64,000 nt of DNA from Candidatus Saccharimonadota bacterium (GTDB taxonomy: Bacteria > Patescibacteriota > Saccharimonadia > Saccharimonadales > HK-STAS-PATE-42): positions 104,201 through 168,200 of the forward strand of contig DAISWL010000001.1 in the NCBI GenBank assembly GCA_036826375.1. The letters are read 5' to 3'. Made by a program: the position numbers and the translations under genes. Under the pieces are notes generated by a model that made no database searches, was not told where the DNA came from, and worked only from the letters and a program-made list of their open reading frames with translations. How positions within the stretch are numbered: position 1 is the stretch's first letter; every line of letters starts with the position of its first letter. Positions 8,960-18,833 of this stretch are shown piece after piece.

Positions 8960-10204
8960 TTATATTTTCTCTCGCCCGCCCATATACAGTTTGAGGGCGC
9001 TAGGGATATTAATAGATCCATCTTCGTTTTGATGATTCTCTATAAAAGCAACTAAAGTTCTACTCAAAGATACCGCTGTTCCGTTTAGAGTATGCACAAA
9101 TTCCAAGGATCCGTTTTTACGTTTAAGTTTAATATTTAAGTTTCGTGCCTGAAAATCTGTACAGTTGGAACAACTGGTTAATTCTCTATATTCATTATCT
9201 ACCGGGCTCCAGTATTCTATGTCGTATTTTTTAAATGCCGGGGAACCTAAATCACCACTCGGAATATTAACTACACGATAAGGAATATTCATCTTCTGCC
9301 AAATTTCTTCTTCAATAGATTTTAGATATTCGTGAACTTCCAAACTCTTCTCTGGTAAAGAATACGCATACATTTCTAACTTATTGAACTGATGCACCCT
9401 GAATAGCCCCCTGGTGTGCTTGCCGTAAGTGCCTGCCTCTTTTCTGTAGCAAGGACTATAACCCGCATAAAAAACTGGGAGCTGATCTTCTTCAAAAGTG
9501 CTATCTGTATGCAAACCTGTTAGAGATACTTCTGCCGTGGCTATTAATGCTAAATCTTCTCCTTCTATAAAATATTCATCATTTTGAGAATCCGAACGAG
9601 GAGCGAAACCAGTACCCATAGCTGTTTTTTGGTTAACCATATGCGGTACAGTTACAAATATAAATCCCTTTTCAACAATTAAGTTTAATGCAAATTGATA
9701 GATTGCATTTTCCAGAAGTGCTAGATCTCCCTTTAGGTAATAGAACTTACTGCCCGCTACCTTGGCGCCGCTGGAAAAATCCACCCAATCTTTAGATTCA
9801 GCTAAATCCAAGTGATCCTTAGCCTTATCTTTTTTCGTTCCAAAAGAACTGATTACCACGCCCTCGCCTTCTTTGCCAATCGGTACGTCCTCAGCCATAA
9901 GATTAGGGGCTCTGTGCATTAAGCTTAATAGCTCTTCTTCCAGTGGTTTAAGTTCGGTCTCTAGAGCAGCGATTTGATCTTTAAGCTTTTTACCTTGTTC
10001 AATAACCTCTGGAGATGGCTTCCCGCCCTTCATCTTTTCAGAATTTTCATTTCGCTTTTGGCGGAAAGTATCTAATTGTTGCTTAAGTTTAAGAACCTGT
10101 CCATCAATGGCTAGTAATTCATCAACATCAACTTTAATGTTTTTATTTTTTGCTGCAGCTTTCACTACTTCCGGATTCTGACGAATAAAATTTATATCCA
10201 ACAT
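8960..10204 (-). CDS. serS: serine--tRNA ligase
   Basis: 414 aa with an N-terminal coiled-coil tRNA-binding arm and a class II core (FRVHQFNKLEMY, GTAVSLSRTLVAFIENHQ). Confidence 0.95.
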   Translation of the reverse strand: MLDINFIRQNPEVVKAAAKNKNIKVDVDELLAIDGQVLKLKQQLDTFRQKRNENSEKMKGGKPSPEVIEQGKKLKDQIAALETELKPLEEELLSLMHRAPNLMAEDVPIGKEGEGVVISSFGTKKDKAKDHLDLAESKDWVDFSSGAKVAGSKFYYLKGDLALLENAIYQFALNLIVEKGFIFVTVPHMVNQKTAMGTGFAPRSDSQNDEYFIEGEDLALIATAEVSLTGLHTDSTFEEDQLPVFYAGYSPCYRKEAGTYGKHTRGLFRVHQFNKLEMYAYSLPEKSLEVHEYLKSIEEEIWQKMNIPYRVVNIPSGDLGSPAFKKYDIEYWSPVDNEYRELTSCSNCTDFQARNLNIKLKRKNGSLEFVHTLNGTAVSLSRTLVAFIENHQNEDGSINIPSALKLYMGGREKI

Positions 10205-10351
10205 ATCTAATTACTTATCCTTATTTAAATTTAAACTTATTTAGATGCCCCCGCTGGAACCCTAGCAAGCTGATCTTACTAACGGCTTATGACCCAAATT
10301 CACTAAACTTAATTATACCAGAATAGCGTGAACTGAGTGTTGAGTTTAGGC

Positions 10352-10924
10352 TCAAGATTCATCATGCTTAAGTTGAGATTTCCACGCCAAGCTCCATAAC
10401 AAAATGCTGATTCCCGCAGAAACAGATGAAAAAATGATTCCAAATACAACCAGCAAATCTTCGCCATTTTTATCAACAAAGCTATTCGCACTGTCCAACA
10501 ACTGCCTTTCCTCTGTGGAAATCTGATCATCTCGCATGCTCTCACTAATCCCCTTTTTGAGCTCCGTTACAAAAGTAGCTTTACTGAACGTGATATTGGC
10601 TATTGAAAGAAATAAACTTAATGATATCGCCAATAACTTTACTATGAGCCCAATCTTTTTTTTCATAAATAGTAAAATCAGAGCTACCAAACCCATGATA
10701 CTGATTGGTATTGATACTAACGCTAATATTCCTTCTGTAGATTTCCCATCGTTGAATGATACTACAGCGGAGAATACGGAAGAAAATAAACCGAAAAAAC
10801 TAAAAAATGCACCAATGGAACTGAAGATTAACATAATTAAGAACAATGTTGAGTATCGGGATTTTGGCATCCGACCAACTGTCATTGGTGGTACTTGTTG
10901 CGATTGATTATTGTTTTGCTTCAC
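10352..10924 (-). CDS. membrane protein, hypothetical
   Basis: 190-aa ORF with 4 hydrophobic helices. The overlapping shorter ORFs look like shadow frames. Confidence 0.5.
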   Translation of the reverse strand: MKQNNNQSQQVPPMTVGRMPKSRYSTLFLIMLIFSSIGAFFSFFGLFSSVFSAVVSFNDGKSTEGILALVSIPISIMGLVALILLFMKKKIGLIVKLLAISLSLFLSIANITFSKATFVTELKKGISESMRDDQISTEERQLLDSANSFVDKNGEDLLVVFGIIFSSVSAGISILLWSLAWKSQLKHDES

Positions 10925-10972
10925 TTTGTAATTCTCCCAATTATTTCATTAAACTATAAGGTTCTAATTCTA

Positions 10973-11773
10973 TCACTCTTTAGATTGAGATTTCAAATAC
11001 GCCATCGTCAACTGTAACCTATTATAAACGTAATCACAATATTCGCATTCATCGCTATTTTTTGGCATCTCAGTTTGGTTTAAACAAGCCTTAAGCTTAA
11101 CAATAACTTCATCTATCCAATCATCTGAGCCGGTGTAGCTGATTACCTTAGTTCTGAATTCTACTTTGTCGTAGAACCCATCTTTATCTTCAATTCCGTT
11201 AGTGTACACAAAATAACCCGTGTTAGAGATGTTAAGGCCAATTTTTCTGAGCAAATATTGGTAGATTTCCATCTGCCGTTTATACACAATCTGCCAAGGA
11301 GCGTCCAGATCTACCTCCTTTTTTTTGGCGGTGGCTTTGTAATCTACAACTATAACTTCGCCGGAATTAGCATCCACCCATAAATCATCAACTGCGCCAA
11401 ACAAAATAAGATTGTTGGCTTCATCGTGATATTCAATTCCTACAAAATTCTCTCGCCAATCATTAAGTTTAGGGTGTTGGTATGGCACTGCATCAATTTT
11501 GTATTCAAGCATTAATGGATGTGACTCCCCTTTTTTGCGATATTGATCGAACTCATTTTTAAGCAAAGAATCTACGGCCTTGTTGATTTGAAACGGCGGT
11601 GTTGAAGGGCGCTTAATCCCCTTTACGGTTTCCAGCCAGAAACAGCGTGGACACTGCACGAATAAATCAATTTTAGAACGGCTGATCCTAAACGGCCGAT
11701 CACTGTTTTTATTATAAATCCCTCTGTATCCCAACATTACTATCAAGTATAGAGTATTTAGCATGTAGCACAA
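10973..11773 (-). CDS. PD-(D/E)XK nuclease, Cas4/RecB-like with a Fe-S cysteine set
   Basis: N-terminal QCPRCFW plus the C-terminal cysteines in LKACLN...CEYCDY give a Cas4/AddB-type arrangement. VVDYK (D-x-K) and QMEIYQYLL motifs are present. The true start may be Met13 (11737). Confidence 0.7.
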   Translation of the reverse strand: MCYMLNTLYLIVMLGYRGIYNKNSDRPFRISRSKIDLFVQCPRCFWLETVKGIKRPSTPPFQINKAVDSLLKNEFDQYRKKGESHPLMLEYKIDAVPYQHPKLNDWRENFVGIEYHDEANNLILFGAVDDLWVDANSGEVIVVDYKATAKKKEVDLDAPWQIVYKRQMEIYQYLLRKIGLNISNTGYFVYTNGIEDKDGFYDKVEFRTKVISYTGSDDWIDEVIVKLKACLNQTEMPKNSDECEYCDYVYNRLQLTMAYLKSQSKE

Positions 11774-11827
11774 AATATAATCATATAGAAACCATGTTAA
11801 ACTTAAAACTAGAAACTAAGCCAAATT

Positions 11828-12307
11828 ATGAAAAAGAATAAACTCGAACAACAATTTAAAGTTAAGTTTAGCTTTTTAAGTTTTATTATTATTTTTACAG
11901 TGCTAATCCCGCTAGATTTATACCGTTTTTACCTCCGTGATCATCTACCAATTATGAAACCGATTTTTAATTCTTGGGGAAATATTTTCGATAGCGTACT
12001 TGTTGGGTTTATTCTGACTCTGATTACAACCCTGTTAATTTCTATTAAGTTTAAGGATAAATCAACTTTGAACTTAAGCTTAATTTTGAGTTCTATTTTT
12101 TTTGTTGCTCTTGCTAACTTTTTTTCGGAAACTGGGCTTGGCCAAAGTTTTCTAGTTCACAATGTCGGATCTTATTTAAAGAATGTTGGTGATATTACAG
12201 ATTTCATTCTGCCCCTGATTGTAGCTCCTCCTCTGATTCTGCAGATTGTTAAACTTAAGGTGGTGGAGCCTGAATCTGAGTTGGAATTTGAATTGAATAA
12301 AGATTAA
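11828..12307 (+). CDS. membrane protein, hypothetical
   Basis: 159-aa ORF with 4 hydrophobic helices. Confidence 0.45.
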   Translation: MKKNKLEQQFKVKFSFLSFIIIFTVLIPLDLYRFYLRDHLPIMKPIFNSWGNIFDSVLVGFILTLITTLLISIKFKDKSTLNLSLILSSIFFVALANFFSETGLGQSFLVHNVGSYLKNVGDITDFILPLIVAPPLILQIVKLKVVEPESELEFELNKD

Positions 12308-12365
12308 GTATTATTTTATAAAGCTTGACATTAAGCTTAAGTTTTGATACTATTGTAGCAGAATC

Positions 12366-12740
12366 ATGAAAAATAAAACAAAAACTAAAAAATTAGATTC
12401 AAGTTTTCAGATTCAACCTCAAATAGTCGCTCAGGTTGTTATCTCTGATGTTAAAAGAATATCTGTTATTGCTTTTAACAAACTCAGAGCTACCGACCTG
12501 GGTGCATCCTTTCTTAGCCTTCATTTTATAATCAAAAGTGCTAACTGGATCGATCAATCTTATACCAGTAATTTTTCTAAAACCTCCAGTTATAACCTAC
12601 TTTGGTTTTTGATTTATACTTATTTAGTAGGGATTTTAAATCAAACCTGGATGATATTTATCCCCTTATCAACTAACTTAAGCTTAGTTTGCGTAGAATA
12701 CGTTTTAAGTTTAAGAAGAAGAACAAAAAATATAAGCTAG
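12366..12740 (+). CDS. hypothetical protein
   Basis: 124-aa ORF followed by a strong terminator. There is no recognisable domain. Confidence 0.35.
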   Translation: MKNKTKTKKLDSSFQIQPQIVAQVVISDVKRISVIAFNKLRATDLGASFLSLHFIIKSANWIDQSYTSNFSKTSSYNLLWFLIYTYLVGILNQTWMIFIPLSTNLSLVCVEYVLSLRRRTKNIS

Positions 12741-12749
12741 GCCTTTAAT

Positions 12750-12779
12750 AAGTATTCTTCCGCCAGGAAGAATACTTTT
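12750..12779 (+). terminator. rho-independent terminator
   Basis: AGTATTCTTCC-GCCA-GGAAGAATACT forms a perfect 11-bp stem followed by TTTT. Confidence 0.8.
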
Positions 12780-12996
12780 GCAAAACCTTCTTAGAAGGAC
12801 GGCCGAGACTTTCCGCCCTTCTCTATACCCTCACCAAGGGAACATAAAAACAGTAATGCGGAATTGAGGCCAGTGGTTTTTTTGGTTACTAATTTGATCC
12901 ATAAACAAAAAAATAACAGCTTCCAGTGTGTAATTCATTGTTAATAATAACTAATTAGATCCCGAAATGAATTCGGGATGGACTGCAAATACTAAT

Positions 12997-14313
12997 TCAA
13001 GTCTCCAGCACCACTAAACTTTCAATATGCGGAGTTCTTGGGAAAAAGTTGAACATCACCGGCCCATGCTTGATTTTATAACCAGCCTCAACCATAAGTT
13101 TAATATCTCTGGCCTGAGTTGCCGGGTTACAACTTAAATAAACAACTTTTTTAGGCTTAACTTCGCAAATTTTAGCCGTTAAGTTTTTATGTAATCCCGC
13201 TCTGGGTGGATCTAATATTAGGTTTATATCTTTTAAGATATGTTCCAGAGCTTCTTCACTGCTATTTGTTATCACATCTGTGGTGTTTTCACTTCTTTCT
13301 GAGCTGTTAAGTTTTGCGAATTTAGTGTTAAAATCATCAATTTCTATTAAACTTAATTTTTGATTTACCTCTGCCAAACTTATTCCGATACTACCAACTC
13401 CGCTGAACATATCTACCAACGGGAGGCTATAATCTATAAAAGTTGATATTAAACTTAAAGATTTTTGGTAAGCGTTGATGTTACCCTGAAAAAAGCTGAG
13501 CGACGAATACTTAAACTTAATGCCACTTATTTCATCTTCAAGAACTGTTGAGCCGTAGCTTGTTATAAGCTTAGTTGGTACTGAAGCTGGGCTTTTAGGC
13601 TCAGAAAAATAGATTTCAATCCCCCACTGATAATTTTGAATTAGTTGCTTAAGTTTAGTGATTAATTCTTCAGCTTGGAAGTTTTCATCCTTAACAAATA
13701 AGGCAGATGAAACTGAACCAGAATTGGAACAACGGATGATCACACTTTTGAGCTGCCTGCCTTCAGATTTAATACTATTTAAAGCCGTTATTAAGCTCGA
13801 GCTGAAATCATTGATTGGTTTTTGAGCCAGAGCTGAACCTGAAACCACAATTTTCTGATTAGTGCCCCGCTTCCTTAAACTTAAGTTGAGGCCGTCATCA
13901 TCTGCCCAAAAACAATATTCCATTTTATTACGATAATTGAAGAATTGTTCTGTTTGAAATCCTAAAGAAGCCTTAATTTTGATTCCCTCTCGCTCGAATT
14001 GCTCTTGAAGAATGTTAAGCTTAGCTGTGTCCTCTAGCTCGGGTGCTAAAATCTGCCAGGGTGATGTTGAAAGGTACTCGGGCTCACTGGGCTGGATTCT
14101 GCTTTCTGATGGTTCTATAACTTCTGCTACCACGCCCTCGGCGTAATCTTTTTTACGCTTTGTAAGTTGAACCGTTGCTAGCTCGCCGGGCAGAATACCC
14201 CAAATAAAAACTGGTTTGCCATCTTCATTATGAGCCATAACTTGCCCACCACCAACAAACTTTTCGCCCTTAAGCTTAATAATTGGCAGGTTCTTATTTC
14301 TATTTCTTCTCAT
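12997..14313 (-). CDS. RNA (uracil-5-)-methyltransferase, RlmD/TrmA family
   Basis: SAM-binding site DMFSGVGSIGISLA, DPPRAGL, and catalytic-Cys motif YLSCNPATQARD, with a TRAM-like N-terminus. Confidence 0.85.
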   Translation of the reverse strand: MRRNRNKNLPIIKLKGEKFVGGGQVMAHNEDGKPVFIWGILPGELATVQLTKRKKDYAEGVVAEVIEPSESRIQPSEPEYLSTSPWQILAPELEDTAKLNILQEQFEREGIKIKASLGFQTEQFFNYRNKMEYCFWADDDGLNLSLRKRGTNQKIVVSGSALAQKPINDFSSSLITALNSIKSEGRQLKSVIIRCSNSGSVSSALFVKDENFQAEELITKLKQLIQNYQWGIEIYFSEPKSPASVPTKLITSYGSTVLEDEISGIKFKYSSLSFFQGNINAYQKSLSLISTFIDYSLPLVDMFSGVGSIGISLAEVNQKLSLIEIDDFNTKFAKLNSSERSENTTDVITNSSEEALEHILKDINLILDPPRAGLHKNLTAKICEVKPKKVVYLSCNPATQARDIKLMVEAGYKIKHGPVMFNFFPRTPHIESLVVLET

Positions 14314-14352
14314 GAATTAAGATTAATTGTAGCATGGTTAAGGCTCGGGCTA

Positions 14353-16194
14353 TTACTTATTTTTTGATTTAGATTTTAGCTTTTTGGCTGAATTTTTATT
14401 CGGCTGAGGGGTTGATTCCTCTTTTGGTTTGGAATGAATTATTTTTTCCTCAGCAATTTCAACAAGCTTATGGTTAAGAGCTATTACCCCAATTGCATGA
14501 TGACGCTTAACTTGAATTTCTTCGGCGATGTCATCTTGAATAAACTTAATATGACGTTTTTTATGAGCTTCGAAGCTCCTTTTGCTTAAGCCGTTTTTCT
14601 GTAAAAATTCAGCCACCTTACGGCCCCCAATTGAATGAGGCATCATCACATAATTAACGCCTTTGTCGTACAGTTCTTGAGCGTGCTGAGGAGTATCGGC
14701 GTTGGCGACGATGATTGTATCTTTTTCGGTTCTAGCCTCTAGTAGATCTATTAAGTTTGATACCGGCTCAAATTCTGTAATGGTAGAAACTATTAGTTTA
14801 GCCTCTGAGATATCAATCTCATCTAGCAAATCAACTTGAGTGACATCTCCGTAAACGTAGGGTATGTTTTTACGATCCAGCTCATCTATAACTTCTGGGT
14901 CGTAATCTATTACTAAAGCCTTAAGTTTAATATCTTTTAAGGCCTTGATGAACTCTCGCCCGCCCTTACGATAACCAATAATTACCGCATCAAATTCAGA
15001 TTGATAAGCTTGTTCAAATTTGACCTTTCTTCTTTCAAATAAACTGAGGTGAGATTCAAATAATTTATACAAAAAGTCATCATAGCTGATCAAATAAGTT
15101 GATACCGTTATCGTAATCACTGCCACCATAGTTACCAGAGTTAGTACATCTTTATGCACCAACCCGCTTTCGCTAGCCAACACCATCATAATTAATGAAA
15201 ATTCACTAATTTGAGTATGGGTGATTCCGGCTTTGAAGCTAGTTTTTTTAGTGTAGCCAAACAATCCAACAATAGTGGTTACTATTAAAGGTTTAAAGAT
15301 TATCACCGCCGCCGATACAAGAACCGCAGGCAATAGAATTGAGCCCACCGAGCCGAGTTCTAGCTCCGCCCCTAAGCTTATGAAGAATACTATCAAGAAG
15401 AAATCTCTAAGTGGTCGCATTTTAGATGCTATCTCACTTGAATAAATCATATCCGCCAGAGCTACCCCCGAAAAGAGAGCTCCCACTTCTAAAGAAAAGC
15501 CTATTTTATTAAACAGTGTTGCTATGCCAAATGCCCACGCCAGAGAAAATAGGAACAATAGTTCATGAGATTGGCTTAACATAGTGGTCATCTTACTTAA
15601 AACAAACCTAGAAAAAGCCATAATTAAAGCAATCAGAGCTATCCCTTTTACCAATAGAATAATTAAGCTTAAAGGGCTGAAGCCTCCCCTGGAGCTAGCG
15701 GCTATAAAAACTAAAGCTATCGTTGCTAAAATATCTTGAAAAATTAAGATACCTATCGTCAGTTTGCCATGAAGCTGATTTTGCTCTTTATTATCACTAA
15801 GTAATTTTAAGATGATAATCGTGCTACTAAATGAAAGCGATATGGCCAGCAAAATAGCCTCGCCAGTGCCCACGCCTACTAAACTTAATAACAGGGTAGC
15901 CAGCAGTGTTGAAAACACTACTTGGATTGCGCCAACAATAGTTGCGGTTTTGCCTACCTCTTTTACTACTGACGGGCTTAAGCCTAGTCCCACAGTAAAC
16001 AAAAGTAGTGCAATGCCAAACTTAGACATGATGTTTATAATTTCAGATTCATGCACCACACCTAGCACAGCCGGGCCAATGACTATCCCCGTTAGAATAT
16101 AACTTATTATTATCGGCTGCTTCATGGTTCTAGCCATAACAGCGAAACCGGCACTAATCGCAAGCAAGATGCTAATCTGTGTGAATATATCCAT
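14353..16194 (-). CDS. cation:proton antiporter (CPA2/Kef-type) with C-terminal RCK/TrkA-N domain
   Basis: About 12-13 TM helices in the N-terminal 380 aa, then a Rossmann-like AVIIGYRKGGREF domain and a Lys-rich tail. Confidence 0.85.
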   Translation of the reverse strand: MDIFTQISILLAISAGFAVMARTMKQPIIISYILTGIVIGPAVLGVVHESEIINIMSKFGIALLLFTVGLGLSPSVVKEVGKTATIVGAIQVVFSTLLATLLLSLVGVGTGEAILLAISLSFSSTIIILKLLSDNKEQNQLHGKLTIGILIFQDILATIALVFIAASSRGGFSPLSLIILLVKGIALIALIMAFSRFVLSKMTTMLSQSHELLFLFSLAWAFGIATLFNKIGFSLEVGALFSGVALADMIYSSEIASKMRPLRDFFLIVFFISLGAELELGSVGSILLPAVLVSAAVIIFKPLIVTTIVGLFGYTKKTSFKAGITHTQISEFSLIMMVLASESGLVHKDVLTLVTMVAVITITVSTYLISYDDFLYKLFESHLSLFERRKVKFEQAYQSEFDAVIIGYRKGGREFIKALKDIKLKALVIDYDPEVIDELDRKNIPYVYGDVTQVDLLDEIDISEAKLIVSTITEFEPVSNLIDLLEARTEKDTIIVANADTPQHAQELYDKGVNYVMMPHSIGGRKVAEFLQKNGLSKRSFEAHKKRHIKFIQDDIAEEIQVKRHHAIGVIALNHKLVEIAEEKIIHSKPKEESTPQPNKNSAKKLKSKSKNK

Positions 16195-16307
16195 AATTAT
16201 TTTAGATTTTTATTTTTAGTGTTTTATTTCATCTTGCCTTTGCTGATTATATAATAACCTGAGCTTAAGCTTAATGTCAAAGCATATTATATAATTATTC
16301 TAAAAAT

Positions 16308-16336
16308 TTGCAAATTAGATTGCACTGTGCTACAAT
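16308..16336 (+). promoter_or_regulatory. sigma70-type promoter (TTGCAA - 17 nt - TACAAT)
   Basis: -35 TTGCAA at 16308-16313, a 17-nt spacer, and -10 TACAAT at 16331-16336. The leader ATG lies 7 nt downstream, so the transcript may be leaderless. Confidence 0.6.
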
Positions 16337-16343
16337 TTTAAAG

Positions 16344-16406
16344 ATGAAAAATTTCGCAAACAACCAATACTGGTATTCTACTTGGCTAAGGGCAAGTGGA
16401 GTTTAG
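16344..16406 (+). CDS. candidate 20-aa leader peptide MKNFANNQYWYSTWLRASGV (Trp/Tyr-rich)
   Basis: I translated this by hand: ATG at 16344 and TAG at 16404-16406. The codons TAC TGG TAT TCT ACT TGG cluster just before the antiterminator segment. Confidence 0.55.
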   Translation: MKNFANNQYWYSTWLRASGV

Positions 16407-16439
16407 TTTGCACTAAAAATAGAAAAATAAGATTTTCAG

Positions 16440-16467
16440 CCTCCGCCACTTGCCGCGGAGGTTTTTT
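16440..16467 (+). terminator. attenuator terminator
   Basis: CCTCCGC-CACTTGCC-GCGGAGG (7-bp GC-rich stem) followed by TTTTTT. GGCAAGTGG at 16391-16399 is complementary to CCACTTGCC at 16446-16454, giving a mutually exclusive pairing. Confidence 0.75.
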
Positions 16468-16494
16468 GTTATTAAGAATTAAAGGAGAATTATT

Positions 16495-17115
16495 ATGAAT
16501 AAATTACACACCACCAAAAGAATATTAATTATAGGGGGCATGGGCCCTCAGGCATCTATACACGCTCATAAGCGTCTACAAGAACTACTTACAGAGAACG
16601 GCAAGAATGCCGAAATAGTTCATGTCAGCCTAATCATTAAACATTTTTTTAATAATAGTGGCCGACCAAAACTAAACTTAACAGATAGACAAATTACCCT
16701 ACTAAGCTCAATAGATGCCGACCTCAGCTTTATAGCATGCAATACCGCTCATTTGTTTTTTGATAATATTTCTAGCTTAATTAAACCTAAGCTGGTTTCC
16801 ATGTTAGATTTTGACACTCATCATAACCCCGTTATAGTGTCCTCGCCAACCAGTAAAAAATTTAAAGTTTTCGGTGATACCGCTAACCACTTAGATGATG
16901 AGCTAGATAAAATTACAGGTGAGATAATAGAGCTTGTTATCCAAGGTGATGAGGAAGAAGCGACCAATAAGTTCAAAAAACTAATGAACGCTCTACCGCA
17001 AAATCAAGAGGCTTTAGTTGGTTGCACTGAACTAAGCATGCTGGCTCACAAGTTAAACTTAAACGTACGATGCACCCTAGAAGAATTTCTTCGTAAGCTG
17101 GTGTGGGATCTATAA
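16495..17115 (+). CDS. Asp/Glu-type amino-acid racemase family protein
   Basis: GGMGPQAS, FIACNTAH and VGCTELS motifs, which supply the two catalytic Cys. SD AAAGGAG lies upstream. Confidence 0.75.
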   Translation: MNKLHTTKRILIIGGMGPQASIHAHKRLQELLTENGKNAEIVHVSLIIKHFFNNSGRPKLNLTDRQITLLSSIDADLSFIACNTAHLFFDNISSLIKPKLVSMLDFDTHHNPVIVSSPTSKKFKVFGDTANHLDDELDKITGEIIELVIQGDEEEATNKFKKLMNALPQNQEALVGCTELSMLAHKLNLNVRCTLEEFLRKLVWDL

Positions 17116-17155
17116 TTAAACTTAAGTTACAACAGAAAGATATTAAGGAGAAGTT

Positions 17156-17863
17156 ATGACCATAACAATTTTCGGCACCGGCAGCTTTGGCAAACTAATT
17201 GCCAAGCTCTGCCCCCAGCAAACAAAAGTAAACTTACTAAGCTTAAGAGCGCTTAGTGATGCCGAGCTCAAAGATACTTTAGAGCGAACCGACATCTTGT
17301 TTTTGACTATCCCCCTTTCCGCCTACCAAAAATCTTTGGCCAGAATTAAAACCTTTTTAAAAGAAGAAACTCTACTGGTAGATGTCTGTTCGGTTAAGCT
17401 CGCACCCTCCGCTAAAATTAAAGAGCTACTTCCCGAACATAAAAACTTGCTAATTACTCACCCGCTCTTTGGTCCTCAGAGTAGCAAGAACGGAACCAGA
17501 ACTGAAGGGTTAAGCTTAGTCCTTTGCCATAAACAGGGCGAACTAGCTGATAGAGTAATTTCATATTCAAAAAGTATTCTTAAACTTAAGATAGTTGAAA
17601 TGGATGCCCGCGAACATGATAGACAAATGGCCAACGCCCAGGCTCTAACATTTTTCGTATCAGAGGTTTTATCTAAATTTAAGTTTAATGACCAGATTTT
17701 AAAAACTCCAAGTTTTGAGGAATTGCTAGATTTAAGGGGTTTAGCGGAAAAAGAAAGCACAGATCTACTACGCTTAATCCAGAATGATAATCCATTTGCC
17801 CAGGAACTGCGCAACAAGTTTATAACTGAGGCCTTAAAAATTAATAAGAAATATACATCTTAA
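17156..17863 (+). CDS. tyrA: prephenate/arogenate dehydrogenase
   Basis: Rossmann ITIFGTGSFGKLIAK, HPLFGPQS, and a dimerisation-domain pattern ending in ...NPFAQELR. Confidence 0.8.
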   Translation: MTITIFGTGSFGKLIAKLCPQQTKVNLLSLRALSDAELKDTLERTDILFLTIPLSAYQKSLARIKTFLKEETLLVDVCSVKLAPSAKIKELLPEHKNLLITHPLFGPQSSKNGTRTEGLSLVLCHKQGELADRVISYSKSILKLKIVEMDAREHDRQMANAQALTFFVSEVLSKFKFNDQILKTPSFEELLDLRGLAEKESTDLLRLIQNDNPFAQELRNKFITEALKINKKYTS

Positions 17864-17896
17864 GGATCTAATCTAAGCTATAATTGAGAAGAGAAT

Positions 17897-18787
17897 ATGA
17901 AACTAATTTTTGAAAAATCAGAACAGTTTATCTTAACTCACGGCCGAGAATTAGAAAAGGCATTATTTAATTATCATTTTAAAGATGGAAGCAAAAATTC
18001 GGTTTTAAAAGAGCTTATTAAGTTTCAGAATCAGGATGGTGGTTTCGGTAACGGCATAGAACCAGATCTAAGGCTCCCGCAATCTACAGATATATCTACC
18101 TGGTGCGCTTTGCGTTTGTTGAAAGATTTAGACATTAGTAATGATGAAACCGTGCTTAATGCAGCTCTAGATTATTTAGAACTTAAGTTTAATACAAAAA
18201 AGAGGGGCTGGGACATTGTTGTTCCAGGGGTAAATAACTGCCCCCACGCTCCCTGGTGGAGCTACGAAGACGCCATAAAACATTTCGGATGGGGCAACCC
18301 ATCAGCAGAAATACTAGGATTTTTTATTAAATATAGAAGCTCTTTCAAATTAATAAAACCGCTTCTGGAACTAGCATCTCAAAAAATTCTAGAGGTTAAA
18401 CCTAATGACTTTAACGAGATAGATTGTTTCAAAAAGTTATATGACTTAGCCGATGGTAACCTAATGGAGCAATTACGCAAACCGCTCATCTCACTGATGC
18501 AGAATTCTATCGAGAAAGATCCAGAAAAACAGAACGAATACGTGGCCAGGCCGCTTACTTTTGTAGATAGTCCCTCTGATAATCTAATCAGCGTATTTAG
18601 TCCAACTCTTATTGAAGAAAATCTGAGTTTTATTGTTAAAAGCTTTGATCATAAAAGTGGTTGCTGGCATCCAAACTGGGATTGGGATGGTAATTACCCC
18701 GAGCAGTGGCAAAAAGCTAAACAAGAATGGCAAGGAATCTTAACACTAAATAACCTATTAAAACTAAGAACTTTTGGAAAAATCTAA
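17897..18787 (+). CDS. hypothetical protein (weak prenyltransferase/terpene-cyclase-like alpha-alpha toroid signature)
   Basis: The QNQDGGFGNG motif and repeated aromatic/Trp-rich segments. The assignment is weak. Confidence 0.5.
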   Translation: MKLIFEKSEQFILTHGRELEKALFNYHFKDGSKNSVLKELIKFQNQDGGFGNGIEPDLRLPQSTDISTWCALRLLKDLDISNDETVLNAALDYLELKFNTKKRGWDIVVPGVNNCPHAPWWSYEDAIKHFGWGNPSAEILGFFIKYRSSFKLIKPLLELASQKILEVKPNDFNEIDCFKKLYDLADGNLMEQLRKPLISLMQNSIEKDPEKQNEYVARPLTFVDSPSDNLISVFSPTLIEENLSFIVKSFDHKSGCWHPNWDWDGNYPEQWQKAKQEWQGILTLNNLLKLRTFGKI

Positions 18788-18833
18788 TAAATACTCACTA
18801 AACTTAAGTTATAATATTTATAAAGGAAGAAAT

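Noticed and set aside
10205-10351. T-box or other riboswitch upstream of serS (and similarly for trpS).
   Set aside because: The leader is only about 100 nt, lacks the T-box consensus (AGGGTGGNACCGCG-like) and the specifier architecture. The trpS operon is better explained by the leader-peptide attenuator.
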